DNA of 64,000 nucleotides, from contig CAWDVE010000021.1 in assembly GCA_963805625.1 (NCBI GenBank), positions 32,001 to 96,000 of the forward strand. The letters are read 5' to 3'. The notes under the pieces are model-generated. The model made no database searches, was not told the origin of the DNA, and was given only the letters and a program-made list of their open reading frames with translations. Positions 57,715 to 64,000 of the stretch are shown piece by piece. The position numbers and the translations under genes are program-made. The DNA is from an uncultured Candidatus Rokubacteria bacterium. GTDB lineage: Bacteria; Methylomirabilota; Methylomirabilia; Rokubacteriales; DASRDR01. The stretch's first letter is position 1. The number at the start of each line of letters is the position of its first letter.

Positions 57715-59616
57715 CTAGCTCTGGGGCTTGTTCTTGATGTAGCCGGCGATGACCTCGTTCATCGTGACCCGCGCGTGGCCGATCCCCTCCTCGCACAGGG
57801 CGAGGTCGATGAAGCCCACCTGCTTCTCGCGCGCCACCTTCTCGATCGCCTCGCGCGTCATGTCCCGCATGAAGCCCGCCGGCACGCGGTTCAGCCGCGC
57901 GACCGCGTCGTCGGTCCAGGTGAAGGCGCCGTTCGGGTCGGTCACGTCCTTGAGCGTCGCCTGGGCGAACCGCGTGTTGGCGATGAGCGTGTCCCAGCCG
58001 TCGCCGAGCTTGTCGCGTCCGACGGTCTCCTCGATCAGCGGGAACGCGATCTCCTTGGTGATCACGGGAATCTTGCGCGTCCGCGCGTACTTCTCGATCC
58101 GCGCCTTCGCGCGCCGCCGGAGGTAGGCGTCGGTGACCTCGCGGAGGCCCTCCCGCGCGTCGTTGGCCCAGCGGACCGTCACGCCGGGCATGACCTCCTC
58201 CTCGGCGATCCCCCCCTCGGCCGTGGCGATCTGCTCCACCGCCCGGCGGTCGATGTGCGTGAACCCCTCCGGGCCGCCCGAGCAGACCGGGCACTTCACG
58301 ACGGGGTTCGGGCCCTTCACGACGTAGCCGCAGACCGAGCAGATCGCCGTCACCGCGGCGTCCTCCGCCCGGAGCTTCGCGACCGCCAGGTCCTCGGCCA
58401 GGATCTGCATCTTCTCCGCCATCCGGCCCGGCATGAAGATCGCCATCGCCTCGTCGATCACCTTGGAGGTGATGACCGTGTGCCCCTGCTCGATCGCGTA
58501 CCGGAGGAGCGCCGTCCGGGCCACCCCCGCCACCTGCTCGGGGACCCGCTTCATCCGCTCCCGGGCCTCGTCTGTCCAGGCGATGATCTCTTCGGCCTTA
58601 ACGTCGAGGGGCGGATAGAACTTGCCCGCGACCAGGAGCACGTTGCACGGCGCCAGGCGGAGGAGGTTCTCCGTGTTGGACCCGAGGTCCGCCTCACGCT
58701 CGTCCGAGTGCACGCCGATGCGGCCCAGGATCAGGAGCCAGGGCTGCTCCTTCCGGCAGAACTGCAGCACCTTCTCGAAGCACTTGCCGTCGAGCAGCGT
58801 GATCGCGAGATCGACCCCCTCGTCGGCCGCGAGCTTCCGGCCAATCTCGAGGTGCGACTGGTAGATCTTGGCCAGCCCGGTGTCGATGATCTCCTCGTGG
58901 AGCTGCTCCTGCTCCTTGAAGCGGAAGACCTTCGAGGCCTGCTCGGTCAGCACGCCGACGATCCCGTTGAACATGGCATAGTGGAGGTAGGGATCGTAGA
59001 CGGCGACCGCATGGACCGGCCGGTGGAGGGCCTTGCCGAGCGCGATCCCGACCTTGAGCCCGTGGAAGGACTGGGGGCTTCCGTCGAGCCCGACGACGAT
59101 CGCGCCCTGCTGCGCTTCGGGCGGCTCGGGGCTCCGGATCACCAGCGTGTCGACCGGCGTCTTGCGCACAAACCGCTCGGTCACGGAGCCGAGCTGGCTG
59201 TCGCGGACCGCGCCAAGCCCGAGGGCGCCCATGATCACGAGGTCGTAGTCCTTGCCCTGGACGTCCTCGATCAAGGCCTTGTAGTGCTTGCCGTCCATCA
59301 TCCGCGGCTCGAACGGGAGCCCGGCGGCTTCCGTCTTCTTTCGCATCACCTCGAGGTACGAGTCGGAGACCAGCTGGAGGCCCATCGCGATCAGCGAGTC
59401 GTGGATCTTCCGCTGGCGCTCGAGCTCGTGCTCGTCCCGGTACTCCTCGGGCAGCGTGTACTCCATCTGCTTGAAGCGGTAGTCGTGAAGCCGCGCCGCG
59501 TAGACGTGGCAGCCGGTCAAGGTCGAGCCGAAGGCTCGCCCGAGCTCCACGGCCAGGTCGATGGCGCGGTTGGAGTAGTCCGAGTTGTCGACCGGCACGT
59601 AGATCTTCCGGAACAT
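57715..59616 (-). CDS. Tandem universal stress protein fused to a rubredoxin-like site and three PCP_red modules
   Basis: KIYVPVDNS..GALGLG..GSVTE (USP1); IVVGLDGS..GRIG..GSNTE (USP2); CSVC..CPVC; WTDEA, WANDA and WTDDA modules. Confidence 0.88.
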   Translation of the reverse strand: MFRKIYVPVDNSDYSNRAIDLAVELGRAFGSTLTGCHVYAARLHDYRFKQMEYTLPEEYRDEHELERQRKIHDSLIAMGLQLVSDSYLEVMRKKTEAAGLPFEPRMMDGKHYKALIEDVQGKDYDLVIMGALGLGAVRDSQLGSVTERFVRKTPVDTLVIRSPEPPEAQQGAIVVGLDGSPQSFHGLKVGIALGKALHRPVHAVAVYDPYLHYAMFNGIVGVLTEQASKVFRFKEQEQLHEEIIDTGLAKIYQSHLEIGRKLAADEGVDLAITLLDGKCFEKVLQFCRKEQPWLLILGRIGVHSDEREADLGSNTENLLRLAPCNVLLVAGKFYPPLDVKAEEIIAWTDEARERMKRVPEQVAGVARTALLRYAIEQGHTVITSKVIDEAMAIFMPGRMAEKMQILAEDLAVAKLRAEDAAVTAICSVCGYVVKGPNPVVKCPVCSGGPEGFTHIDRRAVEQIATAEGGIAEEEVMPGVTVRWANDAREGLREVTDAYLRRRAKARIEKYARTRKIPVITKEIAFPLIEETVGRDKLGDGWDTLIANTRFAQATLKDVTDPNGAFTWTDDAVARLNRVPAGFMRDMTREAIEKVAREKQVGFIDLALCEEGIGHARVTMNEVIAGYIKNKPQS

Positions 59617-59780
59617 GAAGGCCTCCCTTGGCGACGCCGGAATCACTTGAGCTCGAACTCGACCGCGCCCTCGCCTTCGCGCGAGGCGGGGACGCGGTGG
59701 CGCCCCGGCGGACTCTCACCGATGCGGCACTGGCTACTCTCCGGCGCGGCCACGCCCCGGCGCATCCTAGCGTCGTCGCC

Positions 59781-60167
59781 TCACGGCCCGCCTGGCCCAG
59801 GCTGTCCGGAGGCATCGGTCGGGTCCACCAGGTGGTCGAGCGCCAGCCAGAGCGCCTTGCTGTACCGGAACGACCAGAGCGGGAAGAAGACCGTGAAGGC
59901 GCCCCAGACGAGCACCTGCCACCGGGGGGACGGCGCGAGCCACGCCTCGAGCAGGAAGTAGCCGGCCACCGCGAGCCCCACCGTCAGGCCGTAGTTGATG
60001 TAGATCGCGCCGATGAAGTACCCGGTCTCGCGCTCGAAGAGGAGCCCACACGCCGGGCAGCGTGGCAGCATGCGAACGAGCCCGGTGAAGAGGGGCGCCC
60101 CGCCGCAGCGCGGGCACCGGAGCCCGACCGCTCGCCGGAGCGCCTGAGATACGCGGGCGCGGTCCAC
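59781..60167 (-). CDS. DUF983 family protein
   Basis: RCPRCG..LF..CPACG..ERETGYFIGA plus two TM helices. Confidence 0.85.
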   Translation of the reverse strand: MDRARVSQALRRAVGLRCPRCGGAPLFTGLVRMLPRCPACGLLFERETGYFIGAIYINYGLTVGLAVAGYFLLEAWLAPSPRWQVLVWGAFTVFFPLWSFRYSKALWLALDHLVDPTDASGQPGPGGP

Positions 60168-60189
60168 CTGGCGCCTCCGTCACACCCGC

Positions 60190-60603
60190 TCATCCATGAT
60201 AGAGCATCCAGTACACCACTACGCCCGTCACCGATACGTAGAGCCAGATCGGGAACGTGACCCGGGCCAGCCGCGCGTGGCGCGCGAACTGGGACCGGAG
60301 CGCCCGATAGAGGGTCGTCGAGACCAGCGGGACGATCGCGACGGCCAGCACGGTGTGGGTCAGCAGGATCAAGAGGTAGAGCGTCCGAAGCCCGCCCTCG
60401 CCGCCGTAGGGACGCGAGCCCACCTGGGCGTGATAGACAAGGTACGAGCAGAGGAACAGCACCGAGAGACCGACGGCCGTCAGCATGCAGGCCCGGTGCA
60501 CGGCGATGCGCCGCTGCCGGATGGCCACGAAGCCGACGAGCATCGCCACCGCCGCCGACGCGTTCAGCACCGCGTTGATGGTCGGCAGGATGGTGAGACT
60601 CAC
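60190..60603 (-). CDS. DUF420 (CtaM/YozB-like) membrane protein
   Basis: LPTINAVLN, HRACM, FLCSYLVYH, IWLYVSVTGVVVY. Confidence 0.9.
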   Translation of the reverse strand: MSLTILPTINAVLNASAAVAMLVGFVAIRQRRIAVHRACMLTAVGLSVLFLCSYLVYHAQVGSRPYGGEGGLRTLYLLILLTHTVLAVAIVPLVSTTLYRALRSQFARHARLARVTFPIWLYVSVTGVVVYWMLYHG

Positions 60604-60634
60604 CGGCCGGTCAGCCTCGGGGTCACGACCCGCG

Positions 60635-60961
60635 TCAATGCTGCGGCGCCTCGACCTTCTTCGAGTCGGCCGTCTGGTGCGGCGCGTGGAGCGAGTCGGG
60701 CAGCAGCACCATCACCAGGAGCGCGCCGATCACCACCGGCGTGAGGGCGATGTAGCCCAGCGTCTTCACCTCGAGGCGGAGATGCATGAAGTAGAGCGCC
60801 ACCATCGCCGCCTTCGTGGAGGCCAGGATCACCAGCAACACGCCGACCGCCATCTTGGCGATGGGCAGGTAGATGACCGCGATCTCGATCACCGTGAGCA
60901 CCGCCAGGTACCAGAAGATGGCCATGTAGCTCGGCCCGTGCTTCGCGTGAGTGTCCGCCAT
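60635..60961 (-). CDS. ctaF: Cytochrome c oxidase subunit IV (caa3 CtaF-type)
   Basis: LTVIE, KAAMVALYFMHL. Confidence 0.85.
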   Translation of the reverse strand: MADTHAKHGPSYMAIFWYLAVLTVIEIAVIYLPIAKMAVGVLLVILASTKAAMVALYFMHLRLEVKTLGYIALTPVVIGALLVMVLLPDSLHAPHQTADSKKVEAPQH

Positions 60962-60986
60962 CGTCGCCTCCGTCCCGCTCGCGCGC

Positions 60987-61610
60987 CTACAGGAGGTAAA
61001 TGAACGTGAAGACCATGATCCAGACCAGGTCGACGAAGTGCCAGTAGAGCCCGGCGATCTCCGAGACCATGTAGTTGTACTGCATGTCCTTGACTCGGCT
61101 GATCACCTTGTAGATCGAGAGGAGGTAGATCACGCCGCCGGTCACGTGCAGCCCATGGAAGCCCGTGATGATGAAGAAGCTCGCCCCGAAGAGCGTGGAC
61201 CCCCAGGGGTTCCCGAAGATCTTGAGCCCGCGGTGAATCAGGTGTGTCCACTCGTAGGCCTGGAGCCCGACGAAGATCGCCCCGCCCAGCGCCGTGAGCA
61301 GGACGAACATCTTGGCGCGCGCCAGGTTCGAGCTCTTGAGATTCTCGAGCGCCTTCACCATGGTGACGCTCGAGCAGATCAGGAGGAACGTCATCAGGGC
61401 GGTGAGCTGGATGCCGAGCACCTGGGCTGGGTGCGGCCAGTCGACGCTGCCGGCTCGCAGGGCACCGTAGGAGGCCAGGAGCACGCCGAATCCCACGGCG
61501 TCGCCGGCCAGGAAGATCCACATTCCGAGCTTGCCCCAGCTCTCAGGCGTCAGGGGCGACTCGACCGGCTCGACGGCCGGATGGTGCAGCGCGGTAGCTG
61601 CGTCGCTCAC
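60987..61610 (-). CDS. ctaE: Heme-copper oxidase subunit III (second copy)
   Basis: KLGMWIFLAGD, TGFHGLHV, GLYWHFVDLVW. Confidence 0.9.
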   Translation of the reverse strand: MSDAATALHHPAVEPVESPLTPESWGKLGMWIFLAGDAVGFGVLLASYGALRAGSVDWPHPAQVLGIQLTALMTFLLICSSVTMVKALENLKSSNLARAKMFVLLTALGGAIFVGLQAYEWTHLIHRGLKIFGNPWGSTLFGASFFIITGFHGLHVTGGVIYLLSIYKVISRVKDMQYNYMVSEIAGLYWHFVDLVWIMVFTFIYLL

Positions 61611-61632
61611 GATCCGCTCTCCTTCCCTGCGG

Positions 61633-62322
61633 TCATACGAGGTAGACGAGCACGTACAAGACCGGCCAGAGCGCCACGACGAAGTGCCAGTAGATCGCGC
61701 AACACTCGAGCGCGACGTGCCGGTCTTGCGTGAACCGGCCCCGCCGGGCGAGCCAGAGCACCCCGCCCAGCCAGGCGGCCGCACCGAGCACGTGGACGGC
61801 GTGCACGCCGATCAGCGTGTAGAACGTGGCGCCATAGATGCCTGACGACACCCGGAGCCCGAAGTGCACCATCCGCGTCCACTCGACGCCCTGGATGACC
61901 AGGAAGAGGGCGCCGAGCCCCCACGTCCAGGCGAGCCAGCGCACGAGCCCCGTCCGGTCGTCGGCGCGGACGGCCCGGAGCGCCCGCACGAGTGTCCAGC
62001 TCGACGCGAGCAGGACGAGGGTGTTCACGGCCGTGAGCCCGACGGGGAGCCGTGGCTGGCCCGGCGGCGGCCATACCGCCGCTCCCAGGCGGAGCTGGAG
62101 GAAGGCGATCACCAGGCCACCGAAGAACATCGCCTCCCCGCCGAGGAGCATCAGCATGCCCAGGCGAGCGTTCGAGAGCGGCAGTCCCTCCGAGCTCGCG
62201 TGAGGCTCGCCATCCCCGTTGCCGTCATGGGGTCCCGGCGGAGCGGGCGGCCGCCCCCCGCGGTCCGGCACCCGATCGCGGGGCGCCTCGTGGGTCCGGA
62301 TCTCGACGTCGAGCACGGGCAC
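61633..62322 (-). CDS. ctaE: Heme-copper oxidase subunit III (first copy)
   Basis: EAMFFGGL, FYTLIGVHAVHV, YWHFV. Confidence 0.9.
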   Translation of the reverse strand: MPVLDVEIRTHEAPRDRVPDRGGRPPAPPGPHDGNGDGEPHASSEGLPLSNARLGMLMLLGGEAMFFGGLVIAFLQLRLGAAVWPPPGQPRLPVGLTAVNTLVLLASSWTLVRALRAVRADDRTGLVRWLAWTWGLGALFLVIQGVEWTRMVHFGLRVSSGIYGATFYTLIGVHAVHVLGAAAWLGGVLWLARRGRFTQDRHVALECCAIYWHFVVALWPVLYVLVYLV

Positions 62323-62330
62323 GAGCGAGC

Positions 62331-62471
62331 TCAGTTCCGCAGCCAGGCCACGGCGGCCGACGCGACCATGAGGAGAACGATCCAGGCCACGAGCACCACC
62401 GCCGTCCGGCGGTTTCGACTCGGAAGGCTGCGCGTGACCGTCGACCCGGCATCCGGCCTCGAGGCGGACAT
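62331..62471 (-). CDS. Small single-TM protein (46 aa) within the oxidase operon
   Basis: MSASRPDAGSTVTRSLPSRNRRTAVVLVAWIVLLMVASAAVAWLRN*; fills the ctaB-ctaE gap; below the ORF-track cutoff. Confidence 0.6.
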   Translation of the reverse strand: MSASRPDAGSTVTRSLPSRNRRTAVVLVAWIVLLMVASAAVAWLRN

Positions 62472-62495
62472 CGCGGGCGCGCGCTCGGGCACGGG

Positions 62496-63406
62496 CTAGC
62501 CGACCTTGTCCAGGGCCATGAGGACCAGCAGGAGCGGCAGATAGATGACGGAGGCGATGACCACCCGCCGGGCGGCCGGCGCCGAGGGACGGAGGGCCTG
62601 CGCCGTGCCGAAGGCCAGAAACACCGCGCCCAGGACAAGAGCTCCGAAGAAGTAGACGCCCCCCGTGAGCCCGACGAGGGTCGGCAGGAGACCGGCGGCG
62701 TGCAGGGCGAGACAGCCGGTCACGATCTGCCGCTCCGTGCTCCCGCCGTCCGGGTCGACGACCGGCAGGACGCGGATGCCGGCGCGCGCGTAGTCCTCGC
62801 GATAGAGCCGGGCGATGGCGAGGGTGTGGGGGAGCTGCCAGAGGAACAGGATGGCGAAGAGCACCCCGGCCCCCACGCCCAGCTCCCCGCGGGCCGCCAC
62901 CCAGCCCGCCACCGGCGGGAGGGCGCCGGGGATCGCGCCCAGCACCGTGCAGAGCGGGCTCACCTGCTTGAGCGGCGTGTAGACGCCGAGGTAGAGCACC
63001 GAGGTAACCGCGGTGATCGCGGCGGCGGCGGGGCCCGCCACCACCACGAGGTACGCGAGGCCGCCGACCGTCACCAGGCTACCGAAGGCGGCCGCCTCGA
63101 TCGGCTGGAGACGCCCGTCCGGGAGGGGCCGGGCACGGGTCCGCAGCATCTGCGCGTCCACGTCCCGCTCGAGGAACTGGTTGAGCGCCAGCGTCCCCCC
63201 GCCGCCAGGGCCGTCCCCACCAGGACCTGCACCAGCCGCAGGAGGTCGAGGTCCCCAGGCGCGCCGAGGTAGTATCCGACGAGCGTCGTCAGCACCACCA
63301 TCAGGACGACCCGGGGCTTCGCGAGGGCGAGAAAGTCCGCCGCCCGGCGGCGGGTCCCGGCCAGCGGGAGCGCTCCCTCCCGCACGATCGCCGTCGGTGA
63401 GGTCAC
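62496..63406 (-). CDS. ctaB: Protoheme IX farnesyltransferase (heme O synthase), frameshifted at 63195-63200
   Basis: LAKPRVVLMV..TALAAG in one frame; TLALNQFLERDVDAQMLRTRARPLP..WQLPH in another; junction is a G6 run where G7 restores the frame. Confidence 0.88.
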
Positions 63407-64000
63407 GCCGCCACCTCCGTCCGCACCGCGGCCATCCGCGGCGCGGCACGCACGCCGGCGCCGAGGGCACGGCGACGGCCCAGCTGGAGCGCGAGGGCCA
63501 CCGCGCTCCCGAGGACGAGCGCTCCCACAGCCCGGTGCAGGACCGGCAGGGCGACGACGGCGACCTCCCCCCCCGGCACCCCGAGACTCGTGAAGCGAAC
63601 GGCGTAGGCGCCGAGACCGAGGAGCAGCTGGACCAGCACCAGGACCTTCACGGCACGCGCCCACCAGGCGAGGATCGGATCCTCCCGGGCGCCGCGGAGG
63701 ACGGCCAGGGCCGTCCCGACCAGGACGCCGGTCGCCACGATCGCCCCCGCCACGTGCCACCACACGGCCGTCCCGTGCGTGGTGAAGGCCCCGAGCACCA
63801 CCTGCCCGTAGACCACGGCCACCGCGAGGCTACCAAGCGACGCCAGTTGCGGGGCCCGCGCGGGCACGCTGGACGGAGCTTGCCATCCGCGGCCCGTGAC
63901 CACGGCGATCCCCACGAGGAGGGCGAAGAACAGCTGCGCCAGGCAGCCGTGGATGAGGGCTAGGGCGTCCCGCAGGAGCACGACACGCAGCCCCCCGATG
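63403..64000 (-). CDS. ctaA: Heme A synthase (COX15/CtaA), 3' part
   Basis: HGCLAQLFF, QVVLGA..H, QLLLG..H; directly upstream of ctaB. Confidence 0.85.
   Translation of the reverse strand, partial: IGGLRVVLLRDALALIHGCLAQLFFALLVGIAVVTGRGWQAPSSVPARAPQLASLGSLAVAVVYGQVVLGAFTTHGTAVWWHVAGAIVATGVLVGTALAVLRGAREDPILAWWARAVKVLVLVQLLLGLGAYAVRFTSLGVPGGEVAVVALPVLHRAVGALVLGSAVALALQLGRRRALGAGVRAAPRMAAVRTEVAA

Noticed and set aside
54335-59616. Evidence for phototrophy from PCP_red modules
   Set aside because: No BchN/BchB catalytic domains, BchL or other bch genes; only the small tail module is present
60987-62322. Two subunit III genes as a novelty
   Set aside because: Split or duplicated short subunit III genes are common in caa3-type operons

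Overview
Very GC-rich bacterial chromosome segment with about 60 genes and no rRNA, tRNA, CRISPR or IS element that I could see. The gene style suggests an uncultured soil lineage such as Rokubacteria/Methylomirabilota, but that is inference only. In order: dapA(3' end)-dapB-folB-folK, an ECF sigma/ZAS anti-sigma pair, a peptide ABC transporter, an RNase Sa/barnase-barstar pair, a HerA-like ATPase, an ATP-grasp gene divergent from a Shemin-pathway ALA synthase, assorted metabolic and transport genes, an Lhr helicase, GH63 plus glucose dehydrogenase, a two-component system, and the 3' part of an aa3-type cytochrome c oxidase operon. Main observations: (1) downstream of the oxidase genes lies a cluster in which a DPOR BchB/ChlB C-terminal-like (PCP_red) helical module occurs 8 times across three proteins (USP-USP-rubredoxin fusion, radical SAM/SPASM enzyme, 4x repeat protein), next to an Mrp/ApbC ATPase; (2) two genes split by the ORF track are selenoproteins (UGSC-type and TlpA-like UxxC), each with a hairpin 10 nt after the UGA and a shared GG-AGUYW-CC apical motif; (3) a 20-bp bidirectional promoter and several apparently leaderless genes; (4) a 1-nt frameshift in a G run of ctaB/cyoE; (5) several internally deleted gene relics. 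All family calls are by motif recognition, not database search.
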